The notes beneath the pieces were generated by a model. The model was not told where the DNA came from, did not search any database, and saw only the letters and a list, made by a program, of their open reading frames with translations. Positions 52,422-64,000 of a DNA stretch of 64,000 nucleotides are shown here, one piece after another. The stretch comes from Chiloscyllium plagiosum (taxonomy: Eukaryota): assembly GCF_004010195.1 (NCBI RefSeq), contig NC_057718.1:24506715-24570714 (forward strand), written 5' to 3'. Made by a program: the position numbers and the translations under genes. Numbering within the stretch: position 1 is the stretch's first letter; each line of letters starts with the position of its first letter.

Positions 52422-52675
52422 CCTTTGGTGGCTCATTGAGTAGCAGGCTACATTCAGGGTCAAAGGGTGACTTTTCCTGCTTTAACTGACAGTGGGTTCC
52501 TGAAATCACTGCCAGGGTAATTGCCAAGTCTGACTGCCAAGCTGGGCTTCCTGTTAGGCAGGAGAAGTAGGTCCCCATGTTGAACCCAGCAGGGCAGTTG
52601 AGAGCATCTGATCTGATCCCTGACTCTTGTCCTATGCACATAAATGCAACTTAGATTGATTGGCAAGAGACCCAA

Positions 52676-53115
52676 AGGAACAGAGGATTCCAGGGCAGGA
52701 GCAGGCTATTCAGCCCTTCAAACCTGCTCCAACATTCAATAAAATCATGATTGATTGTGGTCTCAGCTTCACTTCACTGCCCGCAGGCAATAATTCTTAA
52801 CTCCATTGTCTATCACAAACCCATCTAACTCAGCCATTTTGAATTTTAAAGTCCCAGCCCACTCACTTTCTGGGAAGAGAATTCCACATTTCTAACAGGC
52901 CATTGAGAGAACCATTTCTCACCATTTCTGTTTTAAAAGGGTGATCTGTTTTTTTTAAACTGTGTTCCCTCCATTTAGTTTCCCTTATCAGAGGGAAAAT
53001 GCATTGAATATCCACCCTTTCCAATCCTCTCAAGAGTGTGCAAGTTGTGATAAGATCACCTCTCAGTTTTCTAATCTCAAACAGACATAGGCCTAACCTG
53101 GTCAACATTTCCTGA
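52676..53115 (-). mobile_element. Older CR1 3' fragment
   Basis: RKLRGDLITT...FKTEMVRN...WNSLP. Confidence 0.7.
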
Positions 53116-53366
53116 TATGACTCTCATTCTTGAAATGAGTCCAGTGAATCCCATAGCGAGATAAGGAAAACCTTTTTTTTAACATAGCAAATGGTTAGAA
53201 TAAGGTTTGCATTGCCTGAGAGAATGGTGGAGTCAGATTCAATTGTGGCTACAGGGAAAAAAATGGGAGAATGGAACTAATTCAGTTGCTCTACTGGAGA
53301 GCCAGAAAGGGGCATCATGGCTGAATGGTCTCTTTCTATGCTGCAAGCATTCTATGAGTCAAAACT

Positions 53367-53652
53367 GGGTGGCACTGTGGCTCAGTGGTTAGCACTGCTG
53401 CCTCATAGTACCAGGGACTTGGATTCAATTCCCACCTTGAGTGACTGTGTGGAGTTTGCACATTCTCCCTGTGTCTGCGTGGGTTTCCCCTGGGTGCTCT
53501 GGTTTCCTCCCACTGTCCAAAGATGTGCAGGTCAGGTGAACTGCCCATAGTGTTAGGTACATGAGTCAGAGGGAAGTGGGTTACTCTTTGGAGGGTCGGT
53601 GTGGACTTGTTGGGCCAAAGGGCTTGTTTCCACACTGTAGGTAATCTAATCT
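53367..53652 (+). mobile_element. HE1-type V-SINE
   Basis: tRNA head, V-domain GTGTGGAGTTTGCACATTCTCCCTGTGTCTGCGTGGGTTTCC, AATCT tail. Confidence 0.9.
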
Positions 53653-55064
53653 AAAAACTGCTTTGTCCTATTAAAAAAAACTCTGGGCAGAATCTTTTAT
53701 GGTCCCTCATGGTGGGATTATTTGTGTTGAACATTTGATCAGGTGGGAGGGTAATGGGTGGACACCATGCCGCATTTCTTCTGTAGCCCCGCTTAAACCC
53801 ATGGTGGGAAGGTCTGCAGAAAGTGATGCACGTTGTTTGACCACGAGAATAAAAATGAGCCTTCATGAGGAAAAGATCAAAGTTTGTCATGGTGAGTCCC
53901 AGATACGAATGAGCAGTGTGAGAGAAACTTTGAAACATAGACTGAAATAGTGTTGAATAGAATGCAAAGATTATATGCAGTTAGCTGATGGGATAGATAT
54001 ACAAGGATTAAAAAAAGAAATAATCAATAATTTAAATTTGAAAACTATCAGATGTTGCAAATTGAACAGTATAAAAGATCATTTTCTGACTTTTTTCTCC
54101 CAGTGGAATGCCTTGTTTACATACTGGAAATGTTTTTGAAATGATGAATATATGGCTAGACAATTAGATGTGCCCAAACTCAATTGTTGTACAGAATAAT
54201 GCAGACATTGAAAGATGGAAACAGGCTGTTTGCCCTCCACGTACGAACTACACTCTCATCATCTTTTGCCCCCTTCCCTGTTACCGTTGAGTTGATCTTA
54301 AACATGGACGGGAACTGGATGTTTCCAGAGTTTGTGGAGGTGGGGAAATGGCAGCCGGGTCCTGATGCAGAATTCCCAATCCCATGACTAAGGTCTCAGT
54401 GCAGTTTCAAGGTGCAGGCCGGTTCAAGTCATGAGCTGACGTCTGGCCCTCACAACCTGGCTGTCTTCATAACAGAGACAAGCATGCCCCTAGATTTCAT
54501 GGCATCAGGGAAGTTTTTAAAGATTGACTTAAAAGGAAAACATCCATGAAATACCTGCCCTATGTATTGTAGATCGTGAACTCAACTTACAGAATTTATC
54601 AAACCAGGGACAAAGCATGTCATCCTAAACCATGAAGGACTACATCGGACAAAGTTCCTTACACAAGGTATTTTTATTCAACCTATAAGACATGTTATTA
54701 CACAATTTGGGAGTAGGTGGGATTTGAACTGCTTGCTCCCAGGTAGGGACACTACCACTGCACCACAAGGATCCTTCCATGCATATCTAACATGCCAGTC
54801 TCTATGTCATAACAGCTTGCAACTGTTGATATCTCTAATGGAATCAATTGCCCAAAATGCTTCACAGGAGTTTAACTGGATTTGATCTACTAACTGCACT
54901 AACTGGTTTCATGCTTTCTTAATTTACTATTTCCCTTTAAAAATATTTCACAAAAAGAACCAAGTTTTCAGACCAAACAACATCCTAATTCTTCCACACT
55001 GCATCTTCCTAATTGTTTCAATATTATTTCTCTAGCATGGAGATCAGAACTTCACACAATACAC

Positions 55065-58040
55065 ATAGTCATGGAGTCATACAGCATGGAAACAGACGCT
55101 TTGGTCCAACTAGTCCCTGCAAATGTTCATGCTTCCAAACTAAACTAGGCCGAGTTGCCTGCATTTGGCCTATATTCCTCCAAACTTTTCCTATTCATGT
55201 ACTTATCCAAATGTCTTTTAAATGCTGTAACTGCATCCACCACCTCCTCTGGCATTTCATTCCACACACAAACCACTCACTGTGTAAAATAGTTGCTCCT
55301 CGTATCCTTTCTAAAACTTTCTCTTCTCACCTTAAAAACATACCCCCGAGTTTTGAACTCCCTCACCTTAGGGAAATGACCCTTGCTATTCACCTTATCT
55401 ATGCCTCTTATGATTTTATAAACTTTGATAAGGTCACCCCTCAGCCTCCCAGGGTCCACTGAAAAATGTCCCAGCCTATTATTATAACTCAAACCTTCCA
55501 TTCCTGGCAACATGCTCATAAATATTTTCTGAACCCTCTCCAATTTAATAATATTAATATCCTTCCTACAGCGGAGCAGCCTGAATGGCACAGAGTACTC
55601 CAGATGAAGCCTCATCAACATCCTGCACAACTTCAACATGACGCCTCAACTCCAAGCTCAAAGGCCTGAGCACTGTAGGCAAGCGTGCTAAACACCTTCT
55701 TAACCACACCATCTGGATATGATGCAAATTTCAAAAATTGTGTACCTGAACTCCTGGGTCTCTCTGTTCATACACTACCCAGCCCCCTACCATTAATTGT
55801 ATAGGTTCTGCCCTTGTTTGTTTTATCAAAATGCCTTTCTTTTATCTAAATTAAACTCTATCTGCCACTCCGTACCCTATTGACCCACTTAAGAACAAAG
55901 AGAAGAAAGAACAATACAGGACAGGAACAGAGTTGGGAGGTCATGTTGCGGCTGTACAGGACACTGGTTTGGCCACTGTTGGAATATTGCATGCAATTCT
56001 GGTCTCCTTCCTATTGGAAAGAGGTTGTGAAACTTGAAAGGGTTCTGAAAAGATTTACAAGGATGTTGCCAGGGTTGGCGGATTTGAGCTATAGGGAGAG
56101 GCTGACCAGGCTAAGGCTGTTTTCCCTGAAGCATCGGAGGCTAAGGGGTGACCTTATAGAGGTTTACAAAATTATGAGGGGCATGGATCGGGTAAATTGG
56201 CAAAGTCTTTTCCCTGGGGTCGGGGAGTCCATAACAAGAGGGCATAGGTTTAGGATGAGAGGGGAAAGATATAAAAGAGATCTACAGGGTAACTGTTTCA
56301 CACAGAGGGTGGTACGTGTATGGAATGAGCTGCCAGAGGAAGTGGTGGAGGCTGGTACAATTGCAACATTTAAGAGGCATTTGAATGGGTATATGAATAG
56401 GAAGGGTTTGGAGGGATATGAGCCAGGTGCTGGCAGGTAGGACTAGATTGGGTTGGGATATCTGGTGGGCATGGACAGGTTGTACCGATGGGTCTGTTTC
56501 CATGCTGTACATCTCTATGACTCTATAAGCCTTTCATTTGATCAAGATCTCTTTGTAATCTTAGATAACCTTCTTCACTGTCCACTTTACTATAAATTTT
56601 GATGTCATCTGCAAACTTCCTAAGCATGCCTCCTATATTCTCATTCAAACGTTTATATAAATGACAAACAAAAGTGGACTCAGCATCGATCCCTGTGGAA
56701 CACCGCTGGTCACAGGACTCCAGTCTGAAAAACTATCCTCTATCTCCATCTTATGTCTCGACTATCCAATTGGCAAGCTCTCCCTGAATCCTATGTGATC
56801 CAATGTTACTAATTAGTCGTACCATGCAGAACCTTGTTAAATATTTTACTAAAGTCTATGTAAACCATGTCTGCCGCTCTGCCCTCATCAATCTTCTTGA
56901 TTACTTCCTCAAAAAACTCAATCAAGTTTGTGAGACATGATTTCCTTCTCACAAAACCATGCTGACTATTGTCAATCAGTCCTTGCCTCTCCAAATGCCA
57001 GTAAATCCTATTTTTCAGAATCAGCTCCAACAACTTACCTACCACCAATGTCAGGCTCACAGATCTATAGCTGCCAGGCTTCTCCTTACAGCTCATCTTA
57101 AATAAAGGCACATTAGCCACCCTCTAGTTCTCCATCTGGTTTTAGATGATACAAATATTTCTGCTCGGGGCCCCCATAATTTCTTCCCTAACTTCCCACA
57201 ATATGCTGGAATATGTTTGACCAGGTCCTGGAGATTTATCCACCTTTATGTTTTCTAAAACCTCCAGCACGTCCTCTTCTGCAGTGTGACTGCTTTCAAA
57301 ACATCAATATTTATTTCCTCAAGTTATCTATCCTCCATTTCTTTCTCCACAGTAAAAACTGATGTGAAATATTCATTTAGTATCTCTCCCATCACCTGAG
57401 GTTCCACACATAGATGACCTCATTGATGTTTAAGGGGCCCTATTACCTCTCTAGTTGCTCTTTTGCTCTTTATCAATTGTAGAATCTCTTTGGATTATCC
57501 TTTTCTGCCAAGGTCATTTATTTTTCCCTTTGTGTCTTCCTGATTTCCCTCTTAAGAATGCCACTAGACTCTTTATAGTTTTTGAGATATTTATTTGATC
57601 CAAATTGTCTATATCTAACATATGATTCATTTTTATTTTTGATCAAAACTTCAATATCTTTATTCATCCACTGTTCCCTACTCTTACCAGCCTTACCCTT
57701 CACTCTAACAGGAACACAATGCCTCTGAACTTTTGTTATCAATACTTTTTAAAGCGCCCCAATTGTTAGTTATCCCTTTACCTCTGAACAGGCTACTCCA
57801 ATGAACTTTTGAAAGTTCTTGTCTCATACCATTATAATTTGTCTTACTCCAATTAAGAACTTTAACTTTTATGGAAGGCATATCCTTTTCCATAACTATT
57901 CTAAACCTAATAGAATTGTGATCACTAGTCTCAAAGTGATCCCCTACTAACACTTCAGCCATTTGTTCTGCCTTATTTCCCAAGAGAAGGCCAAGTTTTG
58001 CTCCTTCTCTAGAAGGTACATTTACATATTGATTAAAAAA
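55065..58040 (-). mobile_element. CR1 LINE (about 2.3 kb of ORF2 to the 3' end) interrupted by a plus-strand CR1
   Basis: DHFETSDHNSIRF; QHGFVRRKSCLTNLIEFFEEV; LRGDLIKVYKII. Confidence 0.9.
55928..56527 (+). mobile_element. CR1 (HER1-like) 3' fragment nested in an opposite-strand CR1
   Basis: SWEVMLRLYRTLVWPLLEYCMQFWSP...; CTCTATGACTCTATA tail. Confidence 0.9.
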
Positions 58041-59760
58041 ATTGATAAAGAAAATACTCCTGCCATGGACCCACTAAGGATTTATACAGGTTAACCATTA
58101 CACATCAACTTTTATATTTCAGACTTATTGTCAAAGGTCCATAATTTCATTTCCAATCATCTCGAAGTGCTGTTTTTAACATTTTATGAATTTAAATAAA
58201 CCTCTCTAAATAAAAGCTACTGTGCTCATCTATTCTGTTACTATTGAACACATCCCTCTGTCTTCTACTATGGGCACCTTCACCATCTATTCCACTCACT
58301 CCTCCTCCACCTTTCTCAACAGCTAAAAACCCACCATTTTCCAACCCCTTCAATTCCAAGGAAGAGTTAAATTAGACTTGAAATGTTAACTATATTTATC
58401 TCTTCCGCAGATGTTGCTAGGCCTGCACTCTAATTTACTAAGTTCCTACATTTCTAAATGAAGTAATTGTCAAAATAAAATAAACTTGTATGTATAAGAG
58501 AAAAATGCAATCCTCTACAATACTCGTAGCTTGAACAGGCTCCATCTAGTGGCAGAGGTTTGTCAGGTGCAAGTGGAATCCAAGGACTCACCTGCACTGA
58601 GAAATTTCTGTCACTAGATGGGGCCCAGGATGTCAATCTGAACTGGAAAGGGAAACATGGACTCAGCAACAAAGTGAAGACCAGACATGAAGCCCAAAGA
58701 CGAGACCAAAGTTTGGAGGGAGAACCAAGGCAGCTGGGGATGGGGTGGGGTTTACAGGAGAAATGAGACACAAGGAAAGATAAGGAGGCTCAGTGAAGAG
58801 GATGAAGCCCAGGAGTGAGGTTGTGGTGTAGCAAGTTGGGAGATACAGCCAGGGCAAGAATAGGATGGGAGTGGGGGGGGGGGGAGGTGGGGGTGATGGA
58901 GCTGGTATGCAAGGCCAAGAAGACCCCTTTCCAAAGCCAGTACAAAATGGAGAAAGTGTGGAAATACAAAGCAGTACGGGACATTGATTTGCAATGGTGA
59001 CGGAAGCTGACAAAGTATGTGAAGGATGCTAAAACTAAAAATGGGAATGCTAAATGAAAATACATAATGTACACAGCTATCACACTCCAGTTAAAACCCA
59101 GTTAACTGGATTAAAAAAAGAGCTAACTCCAAGGTTTCCTTGAGTGAAGAAGAGGAATATTATTGCCTACCAACCCTGAGGAAATAATAAAATGTGATAT
59201 CAAATACAGGTAATAACTTTGAAAAAAAAGTGGGTTTCTAATAGAAACAGGAACTTAAGAGAAGGTGTAGGTTAAAGTTCTGGAGTTGGGACAATGAAAC
59301 TTGAGTCCATGGTTGTTTAGTTGTTGCTTTTCATTAGCAGTCGTGAATTTTGTAAAATTCTGGAATTCTGGGTGAATGCTTGTTTTCCCAAATTGCTTTT
59401 CCACTGGGTACTTCTTTTGAACAATGGTGAGGTACAGAGGGAGCGAGGGAGAAATAGACCAAGTGAGAGAATCCTCTTTCCCTTCTCTCTCTGCTCTGCA
59501 AAGCAAGCTACTGAAATATGTTTTTCTCCATATTCCCATGTCTAACTCCTTTGTCTTTCCAAACCTGATTACCCGACAGGCAACCTTTCATTTCCCAATA
59601 TGCAAGCTTATTACACAAGTGTGAATTGAACAGAAGTCTAAAATTTTTTGATCCTGAATTAAGACCGTAAAACCAAAACACACAGGAGCAAAAGTAGACC
59701 ATTCAGCCCATCAACTCTGCTCCAAATTTTAATGTGGTCATGGTTCTATGATAAATTATT

Positions 59761-59877
59761 TCTGAAGAAGGGTCACTAGATTTGAAACGTTAACTGCACC
59801 TTCTCTCCACAGATACAACCAGACTTGCTGAGTTTCTTCAACAATTTCTGTTTTTATTTTAGATTTCCAGTATTTGC
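59761..59877 (+). mobile_element. pLTR family B fragment beginning at a hammerhead-like motif (59762-59791)
   Basis: CTGAAGA-A-GGGTC-ACTA-GATTT-GAAA-CGTT-AAC. Homologous to 41305-41431 and, more weakly, to 58355-58455 and 21768-21880. Confidence 0.65.
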
Positions 59878-62735
59878 TGGAAGTTGGCTAACACGGTGCC
59901 ACTGTTTAAGAAGGGTGGTAAGGACAAGCCAGGGAACTAGAGACCAGTGAGCCTGATGCGGTGGTGGGCAAGTTGTTGGAGGGAATCCTGAGGGACAGGA
60001 TGTACATGTATTTGGAAAGGCTAGGACTGATTAGGGATAGTCAACATGGCTTTGTGCGTGGGAAATCATGTCTCACAAACTTGATTGAGTGTTTTGAAGA
60101 AGTAACAAAGAGGATTGATGAGGGCAGAACAGCAGATGTGATCTATATGGGCTTCAGTAAGGCATTCGACAAGGTTTTCCATTGGAGACTGGTTAGCAAG
60201 GTTAGATTTCACGGAATACAGGGAGAACTAGTGTTGGCATTGTCTACATTGGCGAGGACCAGCAGGAATCATGGTGTTGAGGGCATTTGTAGAGGTGAGA
60301 TGGCACCAATGAGTGGCGACTTTTGTTCCAGCAGCAGCAGCATGGTGAAGAGGACTTGTGCCTGGCTAGTAGGCTCATGGTGAAACACTTACCAAGAAGG
60401 ACTGGAAAGTTGACCACTTTTTGTTTATTTCTTTATTATTCTGCCTTTCTTTCTATGATTTGCTTTTTCTCCCCCCCCCCCCGTTTTAAGATGGCGCCGG
60501 AGCGTGGTGACACTATACAACACTTTTCATTTTATTTTGTAGCAGAACACACATGACAGTAAATAAATCCAATCAAATCAATTCAAGTCAATTCCCTCCG
60601 CGTGACATCAAGACATTAGACCCCAAAAGGCTATGGGCCCTGACAACACTCTGGCAACAGTACTGAAGATTCTAGAACCAGCTACCCCACAGGCTAAACT
60701 GCTCCAGTTTAATTACATCTCCAACTATCCAACAAGGTGAAATCTTGCCTAGCTAGGTCCTGTGCACAGAAAGCAGGACAAATCCAATCCAGCCAATGAC
60801 CACCCTGTCAGTATACTGTCCATTATCAGCAATATGCTGTAAGGGATTGTCAACAGTGCTATCAAGTAGTACTTGCTCAGCAACAAACTCCTCACTTACG
60901 CCCAATGTGGGTTCGACTAAAGCCATTCATGTACTGACCTCATTAAAATCTTGGTCCAATCATGGACTAAAAGAGCTGAACCCCAGAGATAAGGTGTAAG
61001 TGACTTTTCTTAATAGCAAGGCTACATTCACTTGCACGGCTTCAACAAGCTCCTAGGAAAATTGGAATCAATTGGAATCATGGGAAAGTTGCTAGTTGGA
61101 ATCATACCTGACACATAGAAAGATGGTTGCAATCATGGGAGGTCAGTCATCTCTGCACCAGGACATCTCTGCAGGAGTTTCTCTGAGTTGTGTCTCTACC
61201 CAAAACATCTTCAGCTGCATTCAGTGAAAGGCAGAGCCCTTAGGAATATTGATCTGGGTGTGTAGGTCTACAGATCACTGAAGGCGGCAATGCAGGTAGA
61301 TAAGGTCGTAAAAAAGGCTTATGTCAGGCTTGCCTTCATTGAAAGGAGCATTGAGTATAAGGATAGACAAGTTGTGCTGCACCTTTATAGAACTTTAGTT
61401 AGGCCACACTTGGAATATTGCATATAATTCTGGTCACAACACTACCTGAAGGATGTGGATGTTTTGGAGAGGGTACAAAAAAGGTTAAGCAGGATTTTGC
61501 CTGGTATGGGGGATTTTAGCTATGAAGAAAGATTGGATAGACTGGGTTTGATTTCACTGGAACCGTCTACAAGATTAATGGCAACAGCTCACCATTGCTC
61601 CTCTGACAGAATCTTTGAAACCAGCAACATCTACCATCAAAAAATGCAAACACATGGGAGCACCAACATCTGCAAATTGACCCCCAAGCCACCCACTGTC
61701 CTGATTGGGAAATATGTGGCCACTTGATCAGTGTTACTGGATTAAAATCACTGAACTACCTCTCAAACAGCATTGTGGGTACACCCCAACCACAAGGACT
61801 GCAGTGGTTCAAGAAGGCAGCTCGCTAGTGGCTTCTTGAGGGCAATTGGGATGTGGAATGGCAGATGGAGTTTAATTCAGATAAATGCGAGGTGCTGCAT
61901 TTTGGGAAAGCAAATCTTAGCAGGACTTATACACTTAATGGTAAAGTCCTAGGGAGTGTTGCTGAACAAAGAGACCTTGGAATGCAGGTTCATAGCTCCT
62001 TGAAAATAGAGTTGCAGGTAGATAGGATAGTGAAGAAGGTGTTTGGTATGCTTTCCTTTATTGGTCAGAGTACTGAGTATAGGAGTTGGGACGTCATATT
62101 GCGGCTGTACAGGACATTGGTTAGGCCACTTTTGGAATATTGTGTGCAATTCTGGTCTCCCTCCTATTGGACGGACGTTGTGAAACTTGAAAGAGTTCAG
62201 AAAAAATTTACAAGGATGTTGCCAGGGTTGGAGGATTTGAGCTAAAGAGAGAGGTTGAATAGGTTGGCGTTGTTTTCCCTGGAGTGTTGGAGGCTGAGGG
62301 GTGACCTTATAGAGGTTTATAAAATTGTGACAGGCATGGATAGGGTAAATAGACAAAATTTTATCTCTGGGGTGGGGGAGTCCAGAACTAGAGGGCATAG
62401 GTTTAGGGGAAAGATATACAAGGGACCTAAGGGGCTACTTCTTCATGCAGAGGCTGGTGCGTGTATGGAATGAGCTGCCAGAGGAAGTGGTGGAAGCTGG
62501 TACAATTGCAACATTTAAAAGGCATCTGGATGGGTATATGAATAGGAAGGGTTTGGAGGGATAAGGGCCAGGCGCTGGCAGGTGGGAGTAGATTGGGTTG
62601 GGATATCTGGTCAGCATGGACGAGTTGGACCGAAGGGTCTGTTTCCGTGCTGTATATCTCCATGACTCTCTGACTCTATAATTAGGATAGGCAATAAATG
62701 GTGATATAACCAGCGATGCCCACATGCTCTGAAGG
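59878..62735 (+). mobile_element. Cluster of nested LINE fragments (CR1 59878-60232, 61225-61563, 61853-62680; second LINE family 60590-61225, 61565-61852, 62680-62735; LINE-tail-like element 60233-60590)
   Basis: CR1 peptides in the ORF track. The second family's tail GGGCAATTGGGAT...AATTAGGATAGGCAATAAAT is split by the last CR1. Confidence 0.8.
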
Positions 62736-63588
62736 AATTTGTAAAAAAAGGGGCAAGGATGACTGGTATGCCAGTTTCAACAACCCATTATGATTTATTG
62801 AGACCTGGGAAAGATCCTGCCCCCAGAAGATATGCTAAATGGGACTTAAAGAGAGTCACTTGTGATTTTTCAGAAATGCTTTAATTTCCCAATGCAATGA
62901 AGGTGACAGATGGCTTTGGTGTAAATGTTATATGGGCTGATCTGAAGCTGTAACGATATCTTTGACATTTGACAGCAAATATTGTTTTATTGAAGCTATT
63001 AGATTTAATGAAACAATATAACAGCAAAGGGGAAGAAAACAAGGGTTTTGGTAATCCATATTAAAGCAGATGAAAGTTCAGAAAAAGGTAAAAAAAACTA
63101 GAAAAGTAACAGGAAAAATGATTCAACCCAGGTAAATTCTAAATTGAACATTTAGAAAGTAACACGTTTGTTGACACCAATGCTTCATTGATGCTCTCCA
63201 AATGCACATGTTCATTGCCATTATTTCTGTTACATGTGCATAATATTATGCTAATTTTTAAAAATTAAAAGAAATCCTACTTTGGTTAGCACCTTATTTT
63301 TATTATAACATTTACCTTTTGTTTTCATCTTTAGATATTTGTCACTCTTTTTTAAAAATTACATTTCTTAGTGACATCACTGCTAGTGCACATGCTCCTG
63401 GGTATCAGCAAACACAACCTTTAGAAAAAGTAAGTGTTTTAATATCAGTATTTCACCACTGGTCAATACTAACAAGTGATCTGAATGTGAAGAGGAAGAT
63501 TTTATCAGTTATGTGTGATTTTAATATTTAGGGTTTGCTAATTTGTGCATAGGAAGAATTCTTTCACTAGAAAATTTCCAATACATAC

Positions 63589-63714
63589 CGTAAGTTTTCA
63601 GAGCTGAATTCAGACTCCACGAACTTAAGAAACTGTTCCCTCCCTACAGGATCTTTTAAAACTTCATCGATGCAGAAACCCCATCGCTTTACTCTCTGTG
63701 CATATGGTTCTTTA
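63589..63714 (-). CDS. RGS7: RGS7 coding exon (start of RGS domain): (S)[41 protein letters not shown](R)
   Basis: Translation closely matches the R7-family RGS box as I recall it. Minus-strand acceptor TTGCAG| and donor CG|GTATGT. 126 nt; phase fits the next exon (CG+A = Arg). Confidence 0.96.
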
Positions 63715-63928
63715 CTGCAATCACAAGGGATGAAAATTTTAACAGCTGGTAACAGATACAGCAAGTTTTACTGGTGTTTCAGATCAAATAATAATATCAG
63801 ATTGTAACTTTAGTCAATAAATGAATTTTAGTCAATAAATTCTTCTGAAATGTGATGACATTTTATGTTTTCAAATGTTAAAAGGATTCTGCACCAGGAA
63901 TTTACTGCAGATAACTAAGAACTAAGTA

Positions 63929-64000
63929 CAGGTCATTCTGGTATAATGTGATAGCTGTGTTCCTCTGCAACCTCGCGCTATATAACATTGCGCTATGGAA
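63929..64000 (+). mobile_element. Possible Tc1/mariner (Tigger-like) element start, truncated by the window edge
   Basis: TA followed by CAGGTCATTCTGGTATAA, with internal GCGCTAT repeats. The other end is not visible. Confidence 0.35.

Noticed and set aside
34759..63714. RGS6 as the gene identity
   Set aside because: Diagnostic residues ([48 protein letters not shown]) fit RGS7 rather than RGS6.

Overview
Repeat-rich vertebrate genomic DNA, most likely from a cartilaginous fish (inferred from HE1/V-SINE, SacSINE1-like and CR1/HER1-like repeats recognised by eye). The only host gene I can support is the 3' part of RGS7 on the minus strand. It has coding exons at 63589-63714, 50486-50672 and 49439-49528, plus a terminal exon starting at 34809 (GKSLTSKRLTSLVQSY*) with a probable poly(A) signal at 33944-33949. 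The rest is intronic or intergenic and packed with nested retroelements: a full-length but inactivated L1 inside a Tx1-type LINE, two Penelope-like (PLE) bodies, many CR1 fragments, an RTE, a Gypsy relic, a Harbinger Myb relic and several SINE families. The most notable signal is about 10 copies, in three families, of a minimal type I hammerhead ribozyme motif (CTGA[T/A]GA-stem-GAAA-palindrome) in the PLE terminal repeats. These show compensatory base changes and include short (about 130-250 bp) insertions, some TSD-flanked and some fold-back; one sits 18 nt from an RGS7 exon. Repeat boundaries are approximate and family names come from recall, not from a database search. There are two assembly gaps (37162-38025 and 47913-47985).
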